64,000 nucleotides of DNA, taken from Macrostomum lignano. Taxonomy: Eukaryota. The position numbers were made by a program, and so were the translations under genes. The number at the start of each line of letters is the position of its first letter. Position 1 is the first letter of the stretch. This document shows positions 23,601 through 36,484 of the stretch, one piece after another. The stretch covers positions 62,001-126,000 of the forward strand of contig NIVC01001630.1 in assembly GCA_002269645.1 (NCBI GenBank). The letters are read 5' to 3'. Below the pieces are notes generated by a model, which had not been told where the DNA came from, searched no databases, and was given only the letters and a program-made list of their open reading frames with translations.

Positions 23601-26600
23601 CCTAATCCTTAAGAATCACCCCTAATCCTCCTTAAGAATCACCCCTAATCCTCCAAAACAAATGCCCCTAATCCTCCTTAAGAATCACCCCTAATCCTCC
23701 TTAAGAATCACCCCTAATCCTCCTTAAGAATCACCCCTAATCCTCCAAAACAAATGCCCCTAATCCTCCTAAATAATCACCCCTAATCCTCCTTAAGAAT
23801 CACCCCTAATCCTCCTTAAGAATCACCCCTAATCCTCCTTAAGAATCACCCCTAATCCTCCAAAACAAATGCCCCTAATCCTCCTAAATAATCACCCCTA
23901 ATCCTCCTTAAGAATCACCCCTAATCCTCCTTAAGAATCACCCCTAATCCTCCTTAAGAATCACCCCTAATCCTCCAAAACAAATGCCCCTAATCCTCCT
24001 AAAATCACCCCTAATCCTCCTTAAGAATCGCCCCTAATCCTCCTTAAGAATCACCCCTAATCCTCCTTAAGAATCACCCCTAATCCTCCAAAACAAATGC
24101 CCCTAATCCTCCTTAAAATCACCCCTAATCCTCCTTAAGAATCACCCCTAATCCTCCTTAAGAATCACCCCTAATCCTCCTTAAGAATCACCCCTAATCC
24201 TCCTTAAGAATCACCCCTAATCCTCCAAAACAAATGCCCCTAATCCTCCTAAATAATCACCCTAATCCTCCTTAAGAATCACCCCTAATCCTCCTTAAGA
24301 ATCACCCCTAATCCTCCTTAAGAATCACCCCTAATCCTCCAAAACAAATGCCCCTAATCCTCCTAAATAATCACCCCTAATCCTCCTTAAGAATCACCCC
24401 TAATTCCTTAAGAATCACCCCTAATCCTCCTTAAGAATCACCCCTAATCCTCCTTAAGAATCACCCCTAATCCTCCAAAACAAATGCCCCTAATCCTCCT
24501 AAATAATCACCCCTAATCCTCCTTAAGAATCACCCCTAATCCTCCTTAAGAATCACCCCTAATCCTCCTTAAGAATCACCCCTAATCCTCCTTAAGAATG
24601 CCCCTAATCCTCCTAAAATCACCCCTAATCCTCCTTAAGAATCACCCCTAATCCTCCTTAAGAATCACCCCTAATCCTCCTTAAGAATCACCCCTAATCC
24701 TCCAAAACAAATGCCCCTAATCCTCCTAAATAATCACCCCTAATCCTCCTTAAGAATCACCCCTAATCCTTAAGAATCACCCCTAATCCTCCTTAAGAAT
24801 CACCCCTAATCCTCCTTAAGAATCACCCCTAATCCTCCTTAAGAATCACCCCTAATCCTCCAAAACAAATGCCCCTAATCCTCCTTAAGAATCACCCCTA
24901 ATCCTCCTTAAGAATCACCCCTAATCCTCCTTAAGAATCACCCCTAATCCTCCAAAACAAATGCCCCTAATCCTCCTAAATAATCACCCCTAATCCTCCT
25001 TAAGAATCACCCCTAATCCTCCTTAAGAATCACCCCTAATCCTCCTTAAGAATCACCCCTAATCCTCCAAAACAAATGCCCCTAATCCTCCTAAAAATCA
25101 CCCCTAATCCTCCTTAAGAATCACCCCTAATCCTCCTTAAGAATCACCCCTAATCCTCCTTAAGAATCACCCCTAATCCTCCAAAACAAATGCCCCTAAT
25201 CCTCCTTAAAATCACCCCTAATCCTCCTTAAGAATCACCCCTAATCCTCCTTAAGAATCACCCCTAATCCTCCTTAAGAATCACCCCTAATCCTCCTTAA
25301 GAATCACCCCTAATCCTCCAAAACAAATGCCCCTAATCCTCCTAAATAATCACCCCTAATCCTCCTTAAGAATCACCCCTAATCCTCCTTAAGAATCACC
25401 CCTAATCCTCCTTAAGAATCACCCCTAATCCTCCAAAATCAAATGCCCCTAATCCTCCTAAATAATCACCCTAATCCTCCTTAAGAATCACCCCTAATCC
25501 TCCTTAAGAATCACCCCTAATCCTCCTTAAGAATCACCCCTAATCCTCCTAAGAATCACCCCTAATCCTCCTTAAGAATCACCCCTAATCCTCCTTAAGA
25601 ATCACCCCTAATCCTCCTTAAGAATCACCCCTAATCCTCCAAAACATCCCCTAATCCTCTAAGAATCACCCCTAATCCTCCTTAAGAATCACCCCTAATC
25701 CTCCTTAAGAATCACCCCTAATCCTCCAAAACAAATGCCCCTAATCCTCCTAAATAATCACCCCTAATCCTCCTTAAGAATCACCCCTAATCCTCCTTAA
25801 GAATCACCCCTAATCCTCCTTAAGAATCACCCCTAATCCTCCAAAACAAATGCCCCTAATCCTCCTAAATAATCACCCCTAATCCTCCTTAAGAATCACC
25901 CCTAATCCTCCTTAAGAATCACCCCTAATCCTCCTTAAGAATCACCCCTAATCCTCCAAAACAAATGCCCCTAATCCTCCAAAACAAATCACCCTAATCC
26001 TCCTTAAGAATCACCCCTAATCCTCCTTAAGAATCACCCTAATCCTCCTTAAGAATCACCCCTAATCCTCCTTAAGAATCACCCCTAATCCTCCAAAACA
26101 AATGCCCCTAATCCTCCTAAATAATCACCCCTAATCCTCCTTAAGAATCACCCCTAATCCTCCTTAAGAATCACCCCTAATCCTCCTTAAGAATCACCCC
26201 TAATCCTCCTTAAGAATCAGCCCCTAATCCTCCAAAAATCACCTAATCCTCCTTAAGAATCACCCCTAATCCTTAAGAATCACCCCTAATCCTCCTTAAG
26301 AATCACCCCTAATCCTCCTTAAGAATCACCCCTAATCCTCCTTAAAATCGCCCCTAATCCTCCTAAATAATCACCCCTAATCCTCCTTAAGAATCACCCC
26401 TAATCCTCCTTAAGAATCACCCCTAATCCTCCTTAAGAATCACCCCTAATCCTCCTAAGAATGCCCCTAATCCTCCTAAATAATCACCCCTAATCCTCCT
26501 TAAGAATCACCCCTAATCCTCCTTAAGAATCACCCCTAATCCTCCTTAAGAATCACCCCTAATCCTCCTTAAGAATCACCCCTAATCCTCCTTAAGAATC

Positions 26601-29600
26601 ACCCCTAATCCTCCAAAATCACCCCTAATCCTCCTAAGAATCACCCCTAATCCTCCTTAAGAATCACCCCTAATCCTCCTTAAGAATCACCCCTAATCCT
26701 CCAAAACAAATGCCCCTAATCCTCCTAAATAATCACCCCTAATCCTCTTAAGAATCACCCCTAATTCCTTAAGAATCACCCCTAATCCTCCTTAAGAATC
26801 ACCCCTAATCCTCCAAAACAAATGCCCCTAATCCTCCTAAATAATCACCCCTAATCCTCCTTAAGAATCACCCCTAATCCTCCTTAAGAATCACCCCTAA
26901 TCCTCCTTAAGAATCACCCCTAATCCTCCAAAACAAATGCCCCTAATCCTCCTTAAAATCACCCCTAATCCTCCTTAAGAATCGCCCCTAATCCTCCTTA
27001 AGAATCACCCCTAATCCTCCTTAAGAATCACCCCTAATCCTCCTTAAGAATCGCCCCTAATCCTCCAAAACAAATGCCCCTAATCCTCCTAAATAATCAC
27101 CCCTAATCCTCCTTAAGAATCACCCTAATCCTCCTTAAGAATCACCCCTAATCCTCCTTAAGAATCACCCCTAATCCTCCAAAACAAATGCCCCTAATCC
27201 TCCTAAATAATCACCCCTAATCCTCCTTAAGAATCACCCCTAATCCTCCTTAAGAATCACCCCTAATCCTCCTTAAGAATCACCCCTAATCCTCCAAAAC
27301 AAATGCCCCTAATCCTCCTTAAATAATCACCCCTAATCCTCCTTAAGAATCACCCCTAATCCTCCTTAAGAATCACCCCTAATCCTCCTTAAGAATCACC
27401 CCTAATCCTCCTTAAGAATCGCCCCTAATCCTCCAAAACAAATGCCCCTAATCCTCCTAAATAATCACCCCTAATCCTCCTTAAGAATCACCCTAATCCT
27501 CCTTAAGAATCACCCCTAATCCTCCTTAAGAATCACCCCTAATCCTCCAAAACAAATGCCCCTAATCCTCCTAAATAATCACCCCTAATCCTACTTAAGA
27601 ATCACCCCTAATCCTCCTTAAGAATCACCCCTAATCCTCCTTAAGAATCACCCCTAATCCTCCTTAAGAATCAGCCCTAATCCTCCTAAAAATCACCTAA
27701 TCCTCCTAAATAAGAATCACCCCTAATCCTTAAGAATCACCCCTAATCCTCCTTAAGAATCACCCCTAATCCTCCTTAAGAATCACCCCTAATCCTCCAA
27801 AATGCCCCTAATCCTCCTTAAAATCACCCCTAATCCTCCTTAAGAATCACCCCTAATCCTCCTTAAGAATCACCCCTAATCCTCCTTAAGAATCACCCCT
27901 AATCCTCTAAAACAAATGCCCCTAATCCTCCTAAATAATCACCCCTAATCCTCCTTAAGAATCACCCCTAATCCTCCTTAAGAATCACCCCTAATTTTCC
28001 TTAAGAATCACCCCTAATCCTTAAGAATCACCCCTAATCCTCCTTAAGAATCACCCCTAATCCTCCAAAATCACCCCTAATCCTCCTTAAGAATCACCCC
28101 TAATCCTCCTTAAGAATCACCCCTAATCCTCCTTAAGAATCACCCCTAATCCTCCAAAACACCCCTAATCCTCCTAAATAATCCCCTAATCCTCCTTAAG
28201 AATCACCCCTAATTTTCCTTAAGAATCACCCCTAATCCTCCTTAAGAATCACCCCTAATCCTCCAAAACAAATGCCCCTAATCCTCCTAAATAATCACCC
28301 CTAATCCTCCTTAAGAATCACCCCTAATCCTCCTTAAGAATCACCCCTAATCCTCCTTAAGAATCACCCCTAATCCTCCAAAACAAATGCCCCTAATCCT
28401 CCTTAAGAATCACCCCTAATCCTCCTTAAGAATCGCCCCTAATCCTCCTTAAGAATCACCCCTAATCCTCCTTAAGAATCACCCCTAATCCTCCTTAAGA
28501 ATCGCCCCTAATCCTCCAAAACAAATGCCCCTAATCCTCCTAAATAATCACCCCTAATCCTCCTTAAGAATCACCCTAATCCTCCTTAAGAATCACCCCT
28601 AATCCTCCTTAAGAATCACCCCTAATCCTCCAAAACAAATGCCCCTAATCCTCCTAAATAATCACCCCTAATCCTACTTAAGAATCACCCCTAATCCTCC
28701 TTAAGAATCACCCCTAATCCTCCTTAAGAATCACCCCTAATCCTCCTTAAGAATCGCCCCTAATCCTCCTTAAGAATCACCCCTAATCCTCCTTAAGAAT
28801 CACCCCTAATCCTCCTTAAGAATCACCCCTAATCCTCCAAAACAAATGCCCCTAATCCTCCTAAATAATCACCCCTAATCCTACTTAAGAATCACCCCTA
28901 ATTCCTTAAGAATCACCCCTAATCCTCCTTAAGAATCACCCCTAATCCTCCAAAACAAATGCCCCTAATCCTCCTAAATAATCACCCCTAATCCTCCTTA
29001 AGAATCACCCCTAATCCTCCTTAAGAATCACCCCTAATCCTCCTTAAGAATCACCCCTAATCCTCCAAAACAAATGCCCCTAATCCTCCTTAAAATCACC
29101 CCTAATCCTCCTTAAGAATCACCCCTAATCCTCCTTAAGAATCACCCCTAATCCTCCTTAAGAATCACCCCTAATCCTCCTTAAGAATCGCCCCTAATCC
29201 TCCAAAACAAATGCCCCTAATCCTCCTTAAATAATCACCCCTAATCCTCCTTAAGAATCACCCTAATCCTCCTTAAGAATCACCCCTAATCCTCCTTAAG
29301 AATCACCCCTAATCCTCCTTAAAATCACCCCTAATCCTCCAAAACAAATCACCCTAATCCTCCTAAAATCACCCCTAATCCTCTTAAGAATCACCCCTAA
29401 TTCCTTAAGAATCACCCCTAATCCTCCTTAAGAATCACCCCTAATCCTCCAAAACAAATGCCCCTAATCCTCCTAAATAATCACCCCTAATCCTCCTTAA
29501 GAATCACCCCTAATCCTCCTTAAGAATCACCCCTAATCCTCCTTAAGAATCACCCCTAATCCTCCAAAACAAATGCCCCTAATCCTCCTAAATAATCACC

Positions 29601-31670
29601 CCTAATCCTCCTTAAGAATCACCCCTAATCCTCCTTAAGAATCACCCCTAATCCTCCTTAAGAATCACCCCTAATCCTCCTTAAAACGCCCCTAATCCTC
29701 CAAAACACCCCTAATCCTCCTAAGAATCACCCCTAATCCTCCTTAAGAATCACCCCTAATCCTCCTTAAGAATCACCCCTAATCCTCCTTAAGAATCACC
29801 CCTAATCCTCCAAAACAAATGCCCCTAATCCTCCTAAATAATCACCCCTAATCCTCCTTAAGAATCACCCCTAATCCTCCTTAAGAATCACCCCTAATCC
29901 TCCTTAAGAATCACCCCTAATCCTCCAAGAATCGCCCCTAATCCTCCTTAAAATCACCCCTAATCCTCCTTAAGAATCACCCCTAATCCTCCTTAAGAAT
30001 CACCCCTAATCCTCCAAAATCACCCCTAATCCTCCTAAAAATCACCCCTAATCCTCCTTAAGAATCACCCCTAATCCTCCTTAAGAATCACCCCTAATCC
30101 TCCTTAAGAATCACCCCTAATCCTCCAAAACAAATGCCCCTAATCCTCCTAAATAATCACCCCTAATCCTCCTTAAGAATCACCCCTAATCCTCCTTAAG
30201 AATCACCCCTAATCCTCCTTAAGAATCACCCCTAATCCTCCAAAACAAATGCCCCTAATCCTCCTAAATAATCACCCCTAATCCTCCTTAAGAATCACCC
30301 CTAATCCTCCTTAAGAATCACCCCTAATCCTCCTTAAGAATCACCCCTAATCCTCCAAAATCGCCCCTAATCCTCCAAAATCACCCCTAATCCTCCTAAA
30401 ATCACCCCTAATCCTCCTTAAGAATCACCCTAATCCTCCTTAAGAATCACCCCTAATCCTCCTTAAGAATCACCCCTAATCCTCCAAAACAAATGCCCCT
30501 AATCCTCCTAAATAATCACCCCTAATCCTCTTAAGAATCACCCTAATCCTCCTTAAGAATCACCCCTAATCCTCCTTAAGAATCACCCCTAATCCTCCAA
30601 AACAAATGCCCCTAATCCTCCTAAATAATCACCCCTAATCCTACTTAAGAATCACCCCTAATTCCTTAAGAATCACCCCTAATCCTCCTTAAGAATCACC
30701 CCTAATCCTCCTTAAGAATCACCCCTAATCCTCCTTAAAATCACCCCTAATCCTCCTTAAAATCACCCCTAATCCTCCTTAAGAATCACCCCTAATCCTC
30801 CTTAAGAATCACCCCTAATCCTCCTTAAGAATCACCCCTAATCCTCCTTAAGAATCGCCCCTAATCCTCCTTAAGAATCACCCCTAATCCTCCTTAAGAA
30901 TCACCCCTAATCCTCCTTAAGAATCACCCCTAATCCTCCTTAAGAATCACCCCTAATCCTCCTTAAGAATCACCCCTAATCCTCCAAAACAATGCCCCTA
31001 ATCCTCCTAAATAATCACCCCTAATCCTCTTAAGAATCACCCCTAATTCCTTAAGAATCACCCCTAATCCTCCTAAAAATCACCCTAATCCTCCTTTAAA
31101 TCACCCCTAATCCTCCTAAACAATCGCCCTAATCCTCCTTCAAATCACCCCTAATCATCCTTAACAATCGCCCCTAATCCTCCTAAACAATCGCCCCTAA
31201 TCCTCTCTAACAATCGCCCTCAAATCCCCTTAACAATCGCCCCTAATGCTCCTAAACAATCGCCCCTAATCCTCTCTAAGAATCGCCCCTATCCTTAACA
31301 ATCGCCTCTAATACTTGTTAAGAATCGCCCCTAATCCTCAAAAAGAATCGCCCGAAATCCTTTCTAAGAACTGCCCCAAATACTCAATAAGAATCGCCCC
31401 TTAATCCTCAATAAGAATCGCCCGAAATCCTTTATAAGAACTGCCCCTACTCCTCTTTAAAAATCGCCCCAGAAAAATTGACAGCAAACTCACAGGCAAC
31501 TCGCAAACTTCAAAAGATTTAATTAGCTGCTGCAATTCAAAGTTCCACACGTGCACATTGCCATTGTACATACTGGCCAGCATCCAAGGCTCACTGGGAT
31601 GCAGATCAACGCATTTGACCCTGTCTGATCGGGCAGACAGCTTTCGCTTGATGTCAAGTTTCAGAGGCAT
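10861..31670 (-). CDS. COPB2: Coatomer subunit beta' (beta'-COP), complete, 6 exons, 935 aa
   Basis: Exons 31670-31494, 17765-17055, 16442-16032, 14157-13627, 12660-12449 and 11626-10861; all GT-AG; total 2808 nt in one frame. N-terminus [31 protein letters not shown]40 repeats ([24 protein letters not shown]), coatomer WDAD region, [22 protein letters not shown] and an acidic tail are hallmark beta'-COP sequence. Confidence 0.97.
11710..12415. repeat. Degenerate ~30 bp minisatellite (CCCAGAATCTCACCCTGAGATTGGAAACAT)n, COPB2 intron 5
   Basis: Diverged tandem units, each with an AATCTCA-CCC-TGAGATT inverted repeat. Confidence 0.9.
12449..12660 (-). CDS. COPB2: COPB2 exon 5
   Basis: TTTCAG|12660 ... 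AG|GTTTGT; [46 protein letters not shown]. Confidence 0.95.
12825..13570. repeat. 20 bp minisatellite (CCCAACCTACTCAGGAGTCA)n, COPB2 intron 4
   Basis: Directly visible tandem units with alternating variants. Confidence 0.95.
13627..14157 (-). CDS. COPB2: COPB2 exon 4
   Basis: TTGCAG|14157 ... CAG|GTTAGT; GIYGGAMLG...[24 protein letters not shown]...[12 protein letters not shown]. Confidence 0.96.
14170..16010. repeat. 37 bp minisatellite (GATTGGCTAGATTAGCAATCCACTCTATTCTCAATAT)n, COPB2 intron 3
   Basis: About 50 highly homogeneous units filling the 1874 bp intron. Confidence 0.97.
16032..16442 (-). CDS. COPB2: COPB2 exon 3
   Basis: TTTAG|16442 ... GAG|GTAAAT; [12 protein letters not shown]...[44 protein letters not shown]. 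Confidence 0.96.
16525..17010. repeat. 31/28 bp minisatellite (GAGGATCTGGGAGGCTGGTGGCCCAGCAACT)n, COPB2 intron 2
   Basis: About 16 units. Confidence 0.95.
17055..17765 (-). CDS. COPB2: COPB2 exon 2 (WD40 repeats)
   Basis: TTTCTAG|17765 ... CTG|GTGAGT; [29 protein letters not shown]...[10 protein letters not shown]. Confidence 0.97.
17925..31470. repeat. 13.5 kb satellite of a 23 bp unit (CCCCTAATCCTCCTTAAGAATCA)n with a ~5-unit higher-order repeat, COPB2 intron 1
   Basis: Roughly 590 units. Variants CCCCTAATCCTCCAAAACAAATG and CCCCTAATCCTCCTAAATAATCA recur about every 115 bp. Confidence 0.98.
31494..31670 (-). CDS. COPB2: COPB2 exon 1 (first coding exon)
   Basis: ATG at 31670; donor CCT|GTGAGT after 31494. 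Confidence 0.96.
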
Positions 31671-32752
31671 GTGTGCTCATGCATAAAAATTAATTTAAAA
31701 AATATAAATACTTTAGAATGACAGTGATGAAGCTTTACATGGTAACTGCAGATTTCTATGTGGAAGACAGCCTTGCAGTGCCACCTCAGGTGCTTTTGCT
31801 ACTATAGCATCTGTTTCAATTCTGTTAATATTAGTTTATTATTATATACAAGATATTGCCTAATAGAAACATAAATTTATTGTATATGTCTTTGAGCACT
31901 ATATATTATTAACACTTTGACTAACCTAGTTCCCTGCTTTTTTTCTATTAGCAAAGCTTAAGGATATACTTAAAGAAACTTGTTTTTCTGATGCAAAAAC
32001 TAGCAAGATAGCTACAACAATGGAACTCTAAAATATTCCTAAAGAACTTTTTAGTACTATATAGAAACATTCAATAGGAATAAATTTTCAGGCAACAATT
32101 ATCCAGGATACACAAATATTTCAGCAGTATATATTTGCAATTATTTGCTTTACTTCTACATTTAAAAGCACTTGCAACTTTGTGCTTAGTTATAGGACCT
32201 ATCTAAGTCTTTGTCATAGGCTACAAAGCTCTTTTTGAAGCTTTCTTAAGCTATAAAATGCTCATATGAATATTTCTTTATTGCCATAACCATTCCATGA
32301 CTTTAAAGATTTTAAGCTTTATTAATTTGCTATCAATTAAGCAAGCAACTCTACCACAGAAAATGTTTAAATTGTTTTTAATTTTTTCAATTAAATTCTT
32401 GCCTTTAAATACTAGACTTAAGTTTTTTATATAATAGGCTCTATGGCAATCTCCTAGTTTATTGCATTAAATTATTTGCCCACTTTCAAAACTTTTCAGC
32501 CTACCTGCTAACTGCCCATATAGCTGGAAGGCCTAAAGCACCATCTACAATTGTACCTGAGGCCAATTTGAGGCCTACAGCCAAGCTTTGGGACATTGAT
32601 TTAATATTGCATGAGCTAGTGTTGCTTTAACTCCTGCCTTAACTCCTGGGCTTGTGAACAATGCCCAGATGCTCTGGCCATGCAACTACAGTGGTGAGAA
32701 AGACTCCAGTTTATCAATGGCTATGCCTAGTCATGCATGTCCTACCTATAGG

Positions 32753-32929
32753 ACACAGAAAGTGGTTACTATTGAGGGGTAATAGGCATATGTCAAGGCC
32801 AAATTCAGGGCAATGCATGGCGCTAGCGATACCCTATTTGAGATCCATCTCAATGAGTACCTATGGCGCCGCCTCTTCTCAAAGAAAGAGTTTGGAAACT
32901 TCCTATATTGGGTTATGCATTGTTATTGA
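32753..32929 (+). mobile_element. Degenerate Merlin (IS1016/ISXO2-like) transposase C-terminal fragment
   Basis: Frame not listed in the ORF track reads TQKVVTIEG**AYVKAKFRAMHGASDTLFEIHLNEYLWRRLFSKKEFGNFLYWVMHCY*. This matches the TIEGxW-x-K...G...YLxEF/YxWR...F...I..Y pattern of ISXO2/Merlin DDE transposases, with two in-frame stops. Confidence 0.6.
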
Positions 32930-33757
32930 CACTTTGGACTGCCCTCTAACTATTGTCAACTGTTGAAATATATAAATTTTCATTTTCTACCCAAAATAAT
33001 TTAACACAGTAAACTAGGAGATTGCTGGCCCTATTAATAACTTTTTGCAATATATTCTTTAAAAAAACAAGAGTTCTCCTAAACTGTAACTATAAAACAT
33101 ACCTTAAAATTTTTTTTATTATTCTTTGTTATTATTTAATGATAAAAATTTGGCTAGGCCTATACTAGTCCCCCTTATAATATATTCCCAATCAAAACTT
33201 GGCTTGGCTATTTATTGGTATGCCAATATTAGACCTAAAATTTGACATATGTACACAAATATTCTCAGTGAGGAGCAGAAATATGCAAGAATTTTCTGGC
33301 ATAAAGGCCACCTTCTGGACTATGGCATATACAAAGGGTTCTTAGTGCACTTGGTACATAACATAATCACTATGCTGATGCATACTAACCCGGGGCTGCC
33401 CTTAGTGGGTAGTGCCTAAGATAGAACTTTTATAGGCCTACAGAGTCCTAGACACATTCAGTGCGCATAAAACATATATACTTGTGTTGTGCATGCATTT
33501 GTTGCACACTTGCGCAAGTTTAAAAGGTTTATTTGCGCAGATTTTTGCACTGTTACAATTCTTTCAACTACAAGTACAACTATAAAAAGGCAAAAAAGCT
33601 AAAAACTTGTACACATTTATACATCTCAGTATGACTAAGTATATAAGGATTGTATTATGATTCAAAATGTTTATTTTATTTTTATGAATGTTTATATTTT
33701 AAAATTAAGAGTAAACCGTAATAAGTACTTAGCGCCTGGTCGTGGTCTAGCCCAAAC

Positions 33758-34357
33758 CAAGGACGACTTAAGTAGAAGGACGGGAAACCTCGTTTCTTAG
33801 AAAATTTTTGAAGGCACTTTTTCCCGAAAAAATACACTGCGGAGATAGGAAATTTTCATTTTTTCAGCACAAAAATTGCTATAACTTTTGATAGGAGGCA
33901 GATCCAGTGTTGATCTTTTGATATGTTGTGCCTTTTTTGTTGCTCTATCGATATTTATAAAGCTTTTCGTTCAGAAAATTAGGATTCTATGTTAATTTTT
34001 TATTCTACGTATATTTCCTGTATCTAAAAATCACAAAAATGCATGACACAGCTCTAATATTTGGTTTTATGAATCTATTTTATCATCTATGTTACGACTA
34101 TTTGCTATACAGTCAGGTAAGAAGGATAAAATAGACTCATAAAATCAAAGAGCCAAGCCGTGGCATTCTAATGTATTTCAAGCACAAGACACATGAAAAT
34201 ATACGTAGAATAAAAAATTAACATAGAATCCTAATTTTCTGAACGAAAAGCTTTATAAATATCGATAGAGCTCCGCAGTGTATTTTTTCGGGAAAAAGTG
34301 CCTTCAAAAATTTTCTAAGAAACGAGGTTTCCCGTCCTTCTACTTAAGTCGTCCTTG
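33758..34357. mobile_element. 600 bp foldback MITE, CAAGGAC family (hAT/P-like)
   Basis: About 85 bp perfect TIRs (CAAGGACGACTTAAGTAGAAGGACGGGAAACC...), a second internal inverted block of about 60 bp, and an 8-bp TSD GCCCAAAC (33750-33757, 34358-34365). Confidence 0.9.
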
Positions 34358-35364
34358 GCCCAAACACGTAACAGTCAACTAAAGATGCTTAAAGAAAACG
34401 GACGGTAAAATAATTGACGAGTAACTTTTTTGAAAAAACAGATTTAATGACACTCTGTTTATACTAAAATAAGTCTGATACAGAAATGCTAAAACACACT
34501 CTGCTACAAAAACCTAACTTTTTTGCTAGAAAACAATGTTTTATTAAACTTTATTTTTTAAATTTGTTATAACACAAAATTGCGCGCCGTGAATCATCCT
34601 TAACGAAGATACATGAAGCTAAGTTATACTTCGCAAAATGGCTGGAATCAGAATCAACAGTATGAAAAGTCTCTGTGCGGTAACAAGTATTTTATAAAGA
34701 ATATAATGCATTTAAGTGCATGTTATTGCAGAATCACGTAGTTACTAGCAGAAACTTATAATAATGTACACGGTGCACTTTACTTCGAACTTAGAGCAAT
34801 CCAGCCGAGTGTTTCCGAACAGAAGAATTAAGCTTCTCGAGAGCACTTTGTCTTCGTCGGTAGAGTCTGGCTCATGGCTAGAGACTGGCTGTTATAGTTG
34901 ACATAGGATTACGGTGTACGTCATAATTGATCTACTGACATATACAAGTGATGCGATTTGTTTCTGTTGCATTTATGAGCCAGCTGGAGATGACAAAATT
35001 TTTGCCGATGTACGTATTTGCATGAGGCAGTTTGATAAATCAGGTGTAGTTCGTATTTTTTGCAGTCAAGATTTAGCTCCTGTCTAACAGGAATAGCTCC
35101 TGTCTAACAGGGTTAGCTTCTGCCTAACATTATAAGCTTCTGTCTAAAAGCGACTACTGCTTTCTGCTCTAATTGATTTTTTTGCGCATTAGCACGGTAG
35201 CGCGATAATTGCTAAAACTATATTTTGTTCCGTTGCTTCGTTTTACATGAGCATTGCAAACTAAAAATCTCACTATACGTAAGTTTTTATTGGTTCCTTG
35301 TTCCCACTGCTGCTGTGAATATGTTATGATGCATTCATGCATGCCGAGCAATCCTGCTCTCCTG

Positions 35365-35632
35365 ATAGACAGAAAGGGGATAGATAGGGATAGATAGGGA
35401 TAGATAGATAGGGATAGATAGATAGGGATAGATAGATAGGGATAGATATGGATAGATAGGGACAGATAGGCAGATAGGGACAGATAGGCAGATAGGGACA
35501 GATAGGCAGATAGGGACAGATAGGCAGATAGGGACAGATCGATAGGCAGATAGGGACAGATAGGCAGATAGGGACAGATAGGCAGATAGGGACAGATAGG
35601 CAGATAGGGACAGATAGGCAGATAGGGACAGA
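35365..35632. repeat. GATA-type microsatellite grading into 18 bp (GGGACAGATAGGCAGATA)n
   Basis: Directly visible. Confidence 0.95.
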
Positions 35633-36484
35633 TTTGGAAATTTGGAAATGCAGTTTTGCCTTTAATAAAGACCTGTTGCCTATTTAAGCCAGTGCGGCTA
35701 AATGTAGGATCGACATACTACAATCACAACTAAGCAATCGATAGTGTAAAGATGTATCTTTTGTACCAATAGTAATACGCTCATAGTAGCTGGTTAGTAG
35801 TTAAGGCGTATGCAATTTGAGAATTCTGAAATAAAACTTGGTCTCGAGCTTGCTTTTCCAAAGAAAAGGAAAAATTTAGCATCGCCACATTTTATGGTTC
35901 GTCGCATTCACGTCACATCTGAAACAATTGTATATTGTTACCCAAGGAGTTCTACAATTGCAATCTGGAGTGGAAACGAGTTTACCTCATGAGGCCACGC
36001 AAATTGTTAAGATAAGGAGCCAGCACTGAATGTCCATGGCTCTGTCTGACTCTGTCTATGCTAGTCTGGCCTCATGAGGTAAAACTGAAAAAAAATCGTT
36101 TCCAGGTTGCTAATTATAGAACTCCTTGGCCTAAATTGACGCACTTCGACTCACCATTTTTGCTAATTGGAAAAGCAAATTTCTCGGTTCTAAATCGATT
36201 GACAGCAACAATAGACTACATTATCCACTCATCGCGTGTTCAATCAGTCAAAATTTAATGCATTTTTTTTTGCAAATTGCTTTTTCTCTGTGAATTGCAC
36301 TTATTTTTGTTATATTTTCCAGAAAACACTGTCGATTGGTATTTTTAAGTTTTAGTTTAGCATTTTAAGTTTAGCAAACGACTAGCAATCTACATGTACG
36401 TCCATACGCCCCCCGTTGGGGAGCAAACAAAAGATGTGATAAAATATATTTTTTAAATAAACTGCATGTATAGCTTCTAACCTC

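Noticed and set aside
17925-31470. True telomere or chromosome end; also biological meaning for the many 1-nt indels after about 22100
   Set aside because: TTAGGG occurs once per 23 bp rather than as pure (TTAGGG)n, and the array is bracketed by in-frame COPB2 exons. The scattered homopolymer indels look like long-read consensus error.
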